Assembly: GCF_037902255.1 (NCBI RefSeq) | Contig: NZ_CP147990.1 | Span: 240,001-272,000, forward strand | DNA from: Candidatus Electrothrix sp. GW3-4 | GTDB lineage: Bacteria > Desulfobacterota > Desulfobulbia > Desulfobulbales > Desulfobulbaceae | Length of the DNA stretch: 32,000 nucleotides | Direction of reading: 5' to 3' | In this document: positions 9,101 through 16,042 of the stretch, one piece after another | Position numbering within the stretch: position 1 is the first letter of the stretch | Layout: each line of letters starts with the position of its first letter | Notes under the pieces: model-generated | The model's input: only the letters and a program-made list of their open reading frames with translations | The model's database searches: none | Told to the model about the DNA's origin: nothing | Position numbers and translations under genes: made by a program

Positions 9101-9401
9101 TATCCACCCCGGTGCTGAACTCCACGTCGATCAGGGACTCGCCCTCGGAGCTCACCGACTTGACATTTTTCACCCCATCCAGGCTCTTGAGTTTGTTCTC
9201 AATCTCAATGGTGATGGAGCTTTCGATATCGCCTGGGGCCACGCCCCGGTAGGCAGTGGAGATAAAGACATGGGGGATGCTGACATCCGGCTCTGCCTCC
9301 CTGGGCAGGGTAAGGTAGCTGTAGGTGCCCATGACCAGGATAAGGGCGGCCAGGACCAGGACAGAGATGCTTTTTTTAACGGCAAGGTCGGAGATGATCA
9401 T
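6141..9401 (-). CDS. efflux RND transporter permease subunit (AcrB/HAE-type, 12 TM)
   Basis: 1086 aa. N-terminus MIISDLAVKKSISVLVLAALILVMGTYSYLTLPREAEPDVSIP, two large periplasmic loops, and conserved TM4-type segment LGMLVDNAIVIIENI and its duplicate AGVVVNNAIVLIDY. Confidence 0.95.
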   Translation of the reverse strand: MIISDLAVKKSISVLVLAALILVMGTYSYLTLPREAEPDVSIPHVFISTAYRGVAPGDIESSITIEIENKLKSLDGVKNVKSVSSEGESLIDVEFSTGVDIDDALRKVKDKVDEAKGELPTDLEDDPYVFEVNISEMPILIFSLAGTCGQRCLKEIADTLEDEIEGVPGVLDVEITGAREREIRVEFYPEKLAYYGLSIPAVQAAVQGENSNTSGGALHMGDGKFQVRIPGEFTTPEELYDLVIGTHDGQPVYARNVAQVLDSFKEETSRSRLNGLPAVNIVVKKRSGENIIAIADAVEEILAKRQPGWPTGTTITKVLDKAKDTKSLVADLENNILSGLVLVVVVIFFAMGIRNALLVSMAIPFSMLLSFMILQALGITLNMVVLFSLILALGMLVDNAIVIIENIYRFMEQGVPRTEAAMKATSEVAMPVIGSTLTTLAVFSPMLFWPGIMGEFMGYLPLTLIITLSSSLFVALVINPALASLFMKSAKQVGSVSSAEVEASGEQPVVIRGPLLRPYAGLLRFCLNHPLALIAAAVFLLIFMFQGWLLVVGIEKPVEFFPDLEPKGIYVNTDMPEGADLNYIDSILRQIEEAVTGTRKGSSESSASPSDLNNVKIIYSRAVSSTGGGSAFEPNTPNHVGVRFLDLTDRSRSSYETVEEIRTRIKDIAGAKITVAMEAEGPPTGAPINIELSGDNFTVLGSLAKEIRAALEKIPHVEDIQDNYVEGMPSIRIRIDRQKAALFGLNTSAIGSAIKTSYNGLAISSFREGNEDYDITVQLPEKDRQVDNVLREFMIPTPTGVIVPLSTLATVDYTGSLGNINRINNLRTVTVKANVDETKIPGPVVREQAEKLLAQMHLPPGYTVRFTGENQEQQESQAFLSRAFVIALFFIFLILVTQFNSVSQPFIIMSSVILSMGGAFFGLMLYRQPFGIIMTGIGVISLAGVVVNNAIVLIDYTNKLRASGLALLEAVISAGATRLRPVLLTAITTVLGLIPMVTGVSYDFRNLHISWVSESSQWWQSMAIVVIFGLLVATFLTLVVVPVLYFLIERSKEIFVAGREEVTQQRIKLYRVLAGEKERIHHLDGR

Positions 9402-9912
9402 GGTGTGAATTTCCCTGGGTTGTTGCTAAAGATAAATAGTGACCGGAGTCGATTTTACCGGGTGGGGGGAGTTCCGTCAAGAGTTGACTGTATAAGGGCA
9501 GAGTTCCTTATCCTCTCTGAAAAACAATCTGATAGAACCCGTTGCACAGGCTTTCATTCTGTGGTATCACAAGATAATCATTTGCAGCGGCAGGGGCGAG
9601 ACGTTTGGGAAGACAGAGTTTTTGCACGAGCAGGGCTGCTCCTTCAAAAAAGGACCCTCTTTTTTGAAAAAGACCTGGCCCCTTTTTCCTGAGGTGCTCT
9701 CTTCTCTCTCCTCGCGCTCTTCCATCTGCACAATGAAGCGGTCCCTTTTCAGCTCGTGCTCCTTCTTTTTGAGAAAGGAGTCTTCAGTTTTTACCATGCA
9801 GTTGTCCTTTGTTACCTAGGAGCAATGCAATCTCAAAATGCATTGCTGTTCTTTCAAAAGGCATTGTCCCTTTTTCATCTTAGGGCCCTGCCTATCAAGA
9901 GAGGAGGTCATC

Positions 9913-10263
9913 ATGCTGACAGGAAGTATCCCTAAATTACTCAAGGAAGCACGCCAGGTCAAAGAGGCCCTGGAAAAGATCGGACCGGGGCTGCCGGAAT
10001 CCATCACCGTGGCAGAGATAGAGAGACGGATTGCCGCGCTGGAGGCAAAGGTCAGTGCCATAGACGCCGTGAATGCCGACAAGACGCGCCTGGTCAATGA
10101 AAAGAACGCAGATGCCGGGTCGCTGAGCGATTTTATCGTCCGGGCACGATCCGGGGTCCTGAGCGTATTCGGAAAGGATTCCTCGGAATACGATATGGTC
10201 GGCTGTGTCCGGCTCAGTGAGCGGAAGAAGGGGAAGCGGCGTAATGGGGAAGGGAGTGAGTGA
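9913..10263 (+). CDS. hypothetical protein (116 aa, coiled-coil, basic C-terminus)
   Basis: ATG at 9913 preceded by a GAGGAGG RBS (9901-9907). The ORF track starts earlier at 9838, but that stretch has no RBS. Sequence MLTGSIPKLLKEARQVKEALEKIG... No recognisable domain. Confidence 0.55.
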   Translation: MLTGSIPKLLKEARQVKEALEKIGPGLPESITVAEIERRIAALEAKVSAIDAVNADKTRLVNEKNADAGSLSDFIVRARSGVLSVFGKDSSEYDMVGCVRLSERKKGKRRNGEGSE

Positions 10264-10511
10264 GCCTGCTCTGGGTGGAGTAGGTTTTGTTGTTTCGCCG
10301 GGTACGTGTAAAGTGCGTATCCGGTGGCTTAATGTTTTGCTATTGGGCCTCAAATCTCCAGAACCGACCTTGAAATCCATTTCACTGCATGGCCTGAAAA
10401 CGGCCTGTTATTGCTTGTGGTATTTTTCTCGTGGCATGTAACTAGATTTCTGTTTATTATTTATTTTTTCAGGTGATAATGCGATTTTTTTGAAACATAG
10501 GAGGTTATAGT

Positions 10512-11909
10512 ATGAGGGGGGTGGTTACTAGATTTAACGAATTTAGAGGGTATGGCTTTATAAAGTCAGACAGTGATGATGATAATGAATATTTTGTCCA
10601 CTGGTCCTTTATTGATAGTGCTGGATATAAAAATTTATGCAAAGGGGATCTCGTTGAGTTTACACCTGCGTATGAGCCTAAAGGGTTGCAGGCTCAACAT
10701 GTAAAGATTGTTGAGCAAAAGAACGATGAACCTTTAATGCTTAAACCAAACCCTTTTACTCCTCAGCAACCTATTACTAATCCTGATAGATTTGCAGGAA
10801 GAGAGGTTCCAATTATTAATGCTGTTGATTGTATATTTAATCATAAAAATATATTAATAACAGGTGAAAGGGGCATAGGGAAGAGTTCACTAGCTTTTCA
10901 GTTATCCTATTTGGCTGGAGGAGAAGACACTTTACTAAAAAGATTAAATATTAATACAGGTAATTATCAATTTCAATATCTGTGCCCGGATCATCGCTGT
11001 ATCCCAGGGCATAATTTATTCAATATAATTGAGTCATTAATCCTGTCGGCAGTTAGGGCATTAGGAATCGAACTTAGCTATGAAAAAATAACAACAGAAC
11101 TCGGGATTGATGTCAAGTTTGTAAAAGCAATCCAAAAAAGCGAGGTAGAAAATAGACCTTCAAACGAACTCATTACTTTTTTTGTTGATGCAATTGAAAG
11201 AATTTATTCCAGATCTGAAGGAAAATTTAATGGGATATTATTCTTAATAGATGAAATTGATTGCCTTGAGGATGGAGATAATTTAGCAGCTTTTTTAAAA
11301 GCATCAATTGAATCGTTAAATTTTAAGAATTATGGAAATATTTCTTTTATATTGGCTGGGGTAACAGGAACATTAACAGAACTTTTATTACAACACCAAT
11401 CATTTTCCAGACTGTTTGAGAATATTGAACTGAAGAGAATGACCGAGTCAGAACTTTCCGAAATAATAACAAAATCTCTAGCAGGAACTCAAGTTGTTAT
11501 GGATTCCGATGTGAAAACACAGGTTATCAATCTTTCGGATAGATTTCCAGAGCCAATACACCTCCTTGGATATCATTGTTTCAGATTCGATCAGGATATG
11601 AATATAGATCATATAGATTTTGAAAGAGCTCTAAATTTCATAATTAGAGAACTGAAAAAACAGGAGTTTGACAATCTATATGCAATTGCCAAAAATAGTT
11701 TTGGCTATCCCATCTTGAAAAAGATCGCATATATGAAAAAAAGTTATTTTACGGTGTCAGATTTGTCTAACGAACTTGATGTGAAAGAGAGTAAAGTCGC
11801 CGGATTTATTGGGGACATGGTTGGAAAATCAATAATCATAAAAGCAAAAGGAAGATTGTTCCGGCTTAAAGAGCCTCTTTTTCGAATATATTTAAAGTGG
11901 GTATTGTAG
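10512..11909 (+). CDS. cold-shock domain / AAA+ (Orc-Cdc6 or archaeal-ATPase-like) P-loop NTPase / C-terminal winged-helix fusion protein
   Basis: RBS AGGAGG at 10499-10504.
- aa 1-67: CSD with RNP1-like RGYGFI and RNP2-like YFVHWS.
- aa 93-97: FAGRE preface.
- Walker A: GERGIGKSS (10863-10889).
- Walker B: LFLIDEID (11238-11261).
- A FILAG strand follows.
- aa about 395-460: wHTH-like (FTVSDLSNELDVKESKVAGFIGDMVGKSIIIKAKGRLFRL).
The DNA is very AT-rich. Confidence 0.85.
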   Translation: MRGVVTRFNEFRGYGFIKSDSDDDNEYFVHWSFIDSAGYKNLCKGDLVEFTPAYEPKGLQAQHVKIVEQKNDEPLMLKPNPFTPQQPITNPDRFAGREVPIINAVDCIFNHKNILITGERGIGKSSLAFQLSYLAGGEDTLLKRLNINTGNYQFQYLCPDHRCIPGHNLFNIIESLILSAVRALGIELSYEKITTELGIDVKFVKAIQKSEVENRPSNELITFFVDAIERIYSRSEGKFNGILFLIDEIDCLEDGDNLAAFLKASIESLNFKNYGNISFILAGVTGTLTELLLQHQSFSRLFENIELKRMTESELSEIITKSLAGTQVVMDSDVKTQVINLSDRFPEPIHLLGYHCFRFDQDMNIDHIDFERALNFIIRELKKQEFDNLYAIAKNSFGYPILKKIAYMKKSYFTVSDLSNELDVKESKVAGFIGDMVGKSIIIKAKGRLFRLKEPLFRIYLKWVL

Positions 11910-11952
11910 AAATTGTCACTCTGGCAGCTACCGGCTTTCTGTGGGAGGTAAA

Positions 11953-12144
11953 ATGAAGTGCCAGCAAGTCATTACTCTTTTATCTTCCTGTAAAAAAGAA
12001 CTGAAGATTCGTTTCGGCGTGACCAAGCTGTTGCTGTTCGGCTCAACTGTACGCGATACAGCAAACGATGAGAGCGATGTAGACACCTTGGTCGCCTTTG
12101 ACGGCTCTGCAACCTCTAAGCGATATTTCGGACTCCTGTTTTGA
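11953..12144 (+). pseudogene. MNT-type nucleotidyltransferase (type VII TA antitoxin-like), 3'-truncated
   Basis: MKCQQVITLLSSCKKELKIRFGVTKLLLFGSTVRDTANDESDVDTLVAFDGSATSKRYFGLLF* carries the GS...D.D catalytic motif (LFGSTVRD..SDVDTLV). It stops where the conserved LEDLLG-KVDLV C-terminal part normally follows. No HepT partner is present. RBS GGGAGG at 11943-11948. Confidence 0.7.
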
Positions 12145-12187
12145 TACCCGCGTTGCTGCCTTTGCTGAAAGCACTTAACGAAATAAA

Positions 12188-12371
12188 ATGAGAAAACTCA
12201 TCAGCTTCGACTGGGCCATGAAAAAACTCCTGCGGAGCAAGGCCAATTTCGAGATCCTGGAAGGATTCCTCAGCGAACTTCTCAAAGAGGATATCCATAT
12301 CCTTGATGTCCTGGAAAGTGAGAGCAATAAAGAAGAATATCACGACAAATTCAATCGGGTCGATCTGAAAG
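12188..12371 (+). pseudogene. Rpn/YhgA-like PD-(D/E)XK recombination-promoting nuclease, 5' fragment only
   Basis: MRKLISFDWAMKKLLRSKANFEILEGFLSELL...[10 protein letters not shown] matches the conserved N-terminus of the Rpn family (FDWAFKKLF...ILxxFLxxLL...D...VD). The frame then degenerates and abuts an nhaA fragment. Confidence 0.6.
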
Positions 12372-12383
12372 TCAATCAAGATC

Positions 12384-12503
12384 CCGGTAGAGATCCGGAT
12401 CGGCACCTTTGCGATCACCAAGCCCCTCCTGCTCTGGATCAACGACGGCCTCATGGCCCTGTTCTTTTTCTTCATCACCCTTGAACTCAAAAGGGAGATC
12501 CTG
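12384..12503 (+). pseudogene. nhaA: nhaA Na+/H+ antiporter fragment (about 40 codons of a roughly 390-aa protein)
   Basis: The frame containing ORF 12453-12641 reads [40 protein letters not shown]. This corresponds to the E. coli NhaA segment [39 protein letters not shown]. The flanks on both sides are unrelated. Confidence 0.65.
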
Positions 12504-12643
12504 CCGATTTTCCTCGCCTTAAAGAAATCAGACTTCTGTCCTCCATGCGGTAATTCGGTTAAGGTCTTAACATGCAGGCGAGGTTGGTGGTATAGTGGAA
12601 GAGAAAGAGGCGTTGAAGGGAAGCTCGGGAGCCCGTCGTAAGA

Positions 12644-12672
12644 GAAAGGTGACAGGCAACCTTTCCTGTTTT
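12644..12672 (+). terminator. candidate intrinsic terminator
   Basis: Stem GAAAGGT (12644-12650) / ACCTTTC (12659-12665) with an 8-nt loop, followed by CTGTTTT. Weak stem. Confidence 0.3.
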
Positions 12673-12728
12673 GGGCTGCATGAAGGCAGCAGCTGCAAGA
12701 GTACAATCTACAGCCAGTGAGGTGCATC

Positions 12729-12971
12729 ATGGGAGGGTTTTGGAATCTGTTTAAGCAGGAGTTGAAAAACGAATGGCATCGTTATGAAAATATGGGACAC
12801 CCGCCGCAGAATTCTGGAACAGGAGGGGCAGGTGCAGCTACAGGTGGTGATGCTGGACCGGGGGGCGGCACGATTGATCAATGGCGCATGATCTACCTGA
12901 AGTTCAAACAGATTGAAGGACGGGATCCCTATAGTTTTCAGGAACTGGTGGATTGGTGGAATCGAATCTGA
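12729..12971 (+). CDS. small hypothetical protein (80 aa, Gly-rich centre)
   Basis: ATG at 12729 with GTGAGG 6 nt upstream. MGGFWNLFKQELKNEWHRYENMG...DPYSFQELVDWWNRI has non-random, well-formed termini, but there is no recognisable domain and it lies within a debris zone. Confidence 0.3.
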   Translation: MGGFWNLFKQELKNEWHRYENMGHPPQNSGTGGAGAATGGDAGPGGGTIDQWRMIYLKFKQIEGRDPYSFQELVDWWNRI

Positions 12972-13094
12972 CCTTGTTCCGTCCCCGCAAGCCCTCTCAA
13001 TGACATTGTATTCAGGGATAATGAGCAACTTTGTGTCCACGAAGGGGGGAAGAAGGGCTTTTCCTGCTGCGGAGAGCACGCAAGCCCCACGTCA

Positions 13095-13139
13095 CTCATC
13101 AGCTTTGACGGGGCCATGAGAAAACTCCTGAGGAGAGCC
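13095..13139 (+). repeat. second, degenerate copy of the Rpn-like gene 5' end
   Basis: CTCATCAGCTTTGACGGGGCCATGAGAAAACTCCTGAGGAGAGCC (LISFDGAMRKLLRR) aligns with 12197-12245, CTCATCAGCTTCGACTGGGCCATGAAAAAACTCCTGCGGAGCAAGGCC (LISFDWAMKKLLRSKA). About 40 of 45 nt are identical. It is a direct repeat about 900 bp away. Confidence 0.55.
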
Positions 13140-13511
13140 TGATCCGCTGTCAGGGCCTGGGCTACCTTCTTACAACTCACGAACGTGATGAAGCGCCAGT
13201 AACTATCTTTCCTGTAAGCCTTTTTCAAGCTTGAATTCTCCGGCAGTATTCTCCTTCTCCTCCTTGCTGCCGTCCTGCCCCTGTCTTACGATTGTTCCCC
13301 ATCGCTGTGTTCTTTGTTTTTGTTCCATGATGACACGATAGTGTAATACTTATGGGCTGTGTTGTTACATTTTTGTTTATTTTCTCGACTCGGTATGTTT
13401 TCTTGTTCTTGGTATTGAGATGAATTGGTGCTCGTTTACTCTTGACGATTCTTTCGTAAAGAGAGCGATGTTTTTTTGAAAAGAACTATATTCTAACTAA
13501 GAGAGGAACGA

Positions 13512-14786
13512 ATGCAAGTGAAGAGATCGACGCTATTGTTGTTTTTTGTCAGCATGGTGATGTTAGGGATGACCAGCTACGCCTCTGCCGACTCTGTCAG
13601 AATAGGTCTTAATTATCCACAGACCGGCCCGTATTCAGTGCAGGGAAAAGCCCAGCTCGATGCGGCGCGATTAGCTATTCAGGAAATCAATGAGCAGGGC
13701 GGTATACTTGGGCGCAAGATTGAACTCGTCATGAGGGATACACAGTCGAAACCGGACGTATCAACCAAAAATGTGCTTGAACTTATTGATAAAGAAAACT
13801 GCGAGATGATCTTTGGAGGATCTTCTAGTGCAGTCGCGATAGCCGGTGGTAAGGCAGCAAAGTCAAGAGGGAAGTTGTATTTCGGCACCTTAACCTATTC
13901 CAACACCACCACAGGTGAAGCCGCCCATAAGTATATGTTTCGGGAGTGTTATAACGCATGGATGGGGGCCAAGGCCCTTGGGAAATATCTCGTGGAAGAG
14001 AACCTGCAAGGGTTGAAATATTTTTACATCACAGCTGATTATACTTGGGGAAAAACAACTGAGGAATCTATTCGCACCTTCAGTATGACAACCAATAAAC
14101 GCAGACATCTCCAGCGGTATGTACCTTTTCCCGGAGCCACGTATAAAGAATTATCCGATGCCCTGGTATGGGCCGGGGCCGTTAAACCGGATGTCCTGGT
14201 GCTTGTCTTGTTCGGGAAAGATATGTCGCGCGCGCTTACCATACTTGAAGAACGCGATATGAAAAAAAAGTTTAAGGCCATAGTGGTGCCCAATCTTACC
14301 CTGGGTATGGCCAATGAAGCCGGCGCTGAGGCAATGGAGGGGGTTATCGGTGCCCTGCCGTGGGCCTGGAATGTGCCTTACAAATACAATTACCCTCAAG
14401 GAAAAGAGTTTGTTGAAAAATTTTCCAAGGTCTATAACAGTTATCCCTCCTCGTCGGCTGGATCTGCATATACTATTTTATATCAGTACAAAGATGCCGT
14501 TGAACGGGCTGGAACCTTTGAGAGTAAGAAAGTTATTACGGCCCTTGAAGGACATGCCTTTGTGTCTCTGAAAGATGAGCAGGTATGGAGAGCATTTGAT
14601 CATCAGGCTGTTCAGACCATCTACACGGTCCGTTGTAAACCGGCTGAAGAGGTGCGCCAAGATCGATTTAAGGAGGATTACTTTGAAATCCTCGACAAAA
14701 TGGATGGCGACGAAGCGGCACGTACCAAGGAGCATTGGCTGAAGCTTCGGGAAGATGCGGATGAGCCAGCCGAGCTTCAATTTTAA
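13512..14786 (+). CDS. ABC transporter substrate-binding protein, branched-chain amino acid (LivK / Peripla_BP_6) type
   Basis: 424 aa. Signal peptide MQVKRSTLLLFFVSMVMLGMTSYASA, then IRIGLNYPQTGPYSVQGKAQLDAARLAIQEINEQGGILGRKIELVMRDTQSKPD, typical of the family. RBS AGAGAGGAA. No permease or ATPase genes are nearby. Confidence 0.9.
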   Translation: MQVKRSTLLLFFVSMVMLGMTSYASADSVRIGLNYPQTGPYSVQGKAQLDAARLAIQEINEQGGILGRKIELVMRDTQSKPDVSTKNVLELIDKENCEMIFGGSSSAVAIAGGKAAKSRGKLYFGTLTYSNTTTGEAAHKYMFRECYNAWMGAKALGKYLVEENLQGLKYFYITADYTWGKTTEESIRTFSMTTNKRRHLQRYVPFPGATYKELSDALVWAGAVKPDVLVLVLFGKDMSRALTILEERDMKKKFKAIVVPNLTLGMANEAGAEAMEGVIGALPWAWNVPYKYNYPQGKEFVEKFSKVYNSYPSSSAGSAYTILYQYKDAVERAGTFESKKVITALEGHAFVSLKDEQVWRAFDHQAVQTIYTVRCKPAEEVRQDRFKEDYFEILDKMDGDEAARTKEHWLKLREDADEPAELQF

Positions 14787-14887
14787 TGGTGTGCTCTGCG
14801 CAAGATTGCCCGCACCACAGAAGGGAGGTCAACGGAGGAGGTTGACGCTGTGGCGCAGGCTTTTGTTGAGGAAGAGAGCTGGAAATA

Positions 14888-16042
14888 TCAGGGCATGAAG
14901 GCGCTCACATCCGTGAGTTCCTTGACCACCCGCACCTTCTGGCCATCTTCCACCGTCCGGTGGCCCTGGATGATGACCTTCTCCCCGAGCTGGAGTCCCT
15001 TGCGGATCAGGATTTGCCAACCCTCGGTAAAACCGGTTTCCACTGCTCGCTTATGGGCTACCCCTTCCTCCACCACATAGACAAATTGCTCGTCATTGCG
15101 GGAGATAACCGTGTACAGAGGTACCGCGACAACCTGTTCTTTGGTCTGTTTGATAATATTGGCCTGGAGGAACATGCCCGGCAGGATCTGTCCGTCCGGG
15201 TTATCCAGGGCTAGTTCCAGCCGGTAGGCATGAGCCAGGGTCTCCGGTGCCGGGGCCAGGAAATGGACCTGGGCCTGGAGCTGGGCATTGTGCAGGGAAC
15301 GAATATCTACCCCGACCTCTTTGAGTTGTCTGACCGCGTTGACATCGGCCTCGGGTACGGCAACCACCGCCTTGACCCGGTCGATCTGGAGGATCTCTGC
15401 AATGGGGGCAGGCATCATCTGGTTGACCACCATCCCAACCTCCGCGTCAAGCCGGTTGATCACCCCGGAGATGGGGGCGGTAATCCGACAACGGGAGAGG
15501 GCGAGCTCGGCGTTTTCCAGGGCGGACTTGCTCTGGCGCAGGGTTGATCGCTGTTCATCCAGATTGGCCTGGGTGGAGATCCCCTTGCTGCGCAGGGTCT
15601 TGTTCCGCGTATAATCGGCCTGGGCCAAGGCATAGGCGGCCTTGGCCGAGTCCAGGGCAATGCGGTAATCCTTATCCTCTATCCGGGCAATAAGCTGGCC
15701 CTGTTTAACATGATCGCCTTCCCGGACCACAATCTCTTCAATGCTGCCACCTATCTTGGCCATCAATGCCAGTTTTGTCCAAGGCTCTATGAGGCCAGGC
15801 AAGGTGATTTTATCTCGTAGCACAGTCGGCCTGAGTTCCAGAACAACCACGTTGGTTGGTGGCGCTTCCACTGCTGTGGCGTTTTTCAGTTCTTCTTCAC
15901 GGGCGCTCTTTTGTTCGCTGACCCGTTGGCCGATCAAGAGGGCTGCCGCAAGCAGGAGAAGAATAAAGAACAGGCCGGGCAGGTTCTTCAGGATAAACCA
16001 GATACTCTTTCCGCGCAGGGTCTTTGGGGTGGGTGATGTCAT
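14888..16042 (-). CDS. efflux RND transporter periplasmic adaptor (membrane fusion protein, HlyD_D23 type)
   Basis: 384 aa. N-terminal TM anchor (WFILKNLPGLFFILLLLAAALLIG), a lipoyl-like motif (GGSIEEIVVREGDHVKQGQLIARIE), a coiled-coil hairpin, and RITAPISGVINRLDAEVG. Its start codon overlaps the tetR stop (ATGA at 16039-16042). Confidence 0.9.
   Translation of the reverse strand: MTSPTPKTLRGKSIWFILKNLPGLFFILLLLAAALLIGQRVSEQKSAREEELKNATAVEAPPTNVVVLELRPTVLRDKITLPGLIEPWTKLALMAKIGGSIEEIVVREGDHVKQGQLIARIEDKDYRIALDSAKAAYALAQADYTRNKTLRSKGISTQANLDEQRSTLRQSKSALENAELALSRCRITAPISGVINRLDAEVGMVVNQMMPAPIAEILQIDRVKAVVAVPEADVNAVRQLKEVGVDIRSLHNAQLQAQVHFLAPAPETLAHAYRLELALDNPDGQILPGMFLQANIIKQTKEQVVAVPLYTVISRNDEQFVYVVEEGVAHKRAVETGFTEGWQILIRKGLQLGEKVIIQGHRTVEDGQKVRVVKELTDVSAFMP

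Noticed and set aside
6378-9692. Several 150-340-aa plus-strand ORFs (6378-7298, 7485-8072, 8182-8646, 8661-9692).
   Set aside because: All are antisense to the RND permease and have G/D/H/Q-rich low-complexity products, so they are shadow ORFs.
9567-9870. A 76-aa minus-strand ORF with an AAGGA RBS upstream of the RND gene, plus A/T-rich hairpins and a loosely repeated motif (TCAAAAAAG-GACCCT-CTTTTTTGA at about 9644-9667, similar TTCAAAAGG...CCCTTTTT near 9855-9880, and GCAATGCA-N9-TGCATTGC at about 9822-9846).
   Set aside because: The C-terminal half of the ORF is low-complexity read-through of the hairpin region. The stems are mostly A:T and weak, and the repeat similarity is only about 20 nt with mismatches. 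This is not enough to call a small protein, sRNA or regulatory repeat.
12116-13228. Minus-strand ORFs of 204, 123 and 96 aa across the fragment graveyard. One stretch (..GKALLPPFVDTKLLIIPEYNVIERA..) looks protein-like.
   Set aside because: They run antisense to recognisable plus-strand fragments and have no start context. I could not assign the protein-like stretch to any family. It may be yet another relic, but that is not supportable.
13428-13477. An imperfect hairpin followed by T7 in the leader of the binding-protein gene, considered as a terminator or attenuator.
   Set aside because: The main stem has a mismatch and a 6-nt bulge, and the T-run starts 4-7 nt after the stem end. That is too far from canonical geometry to call.
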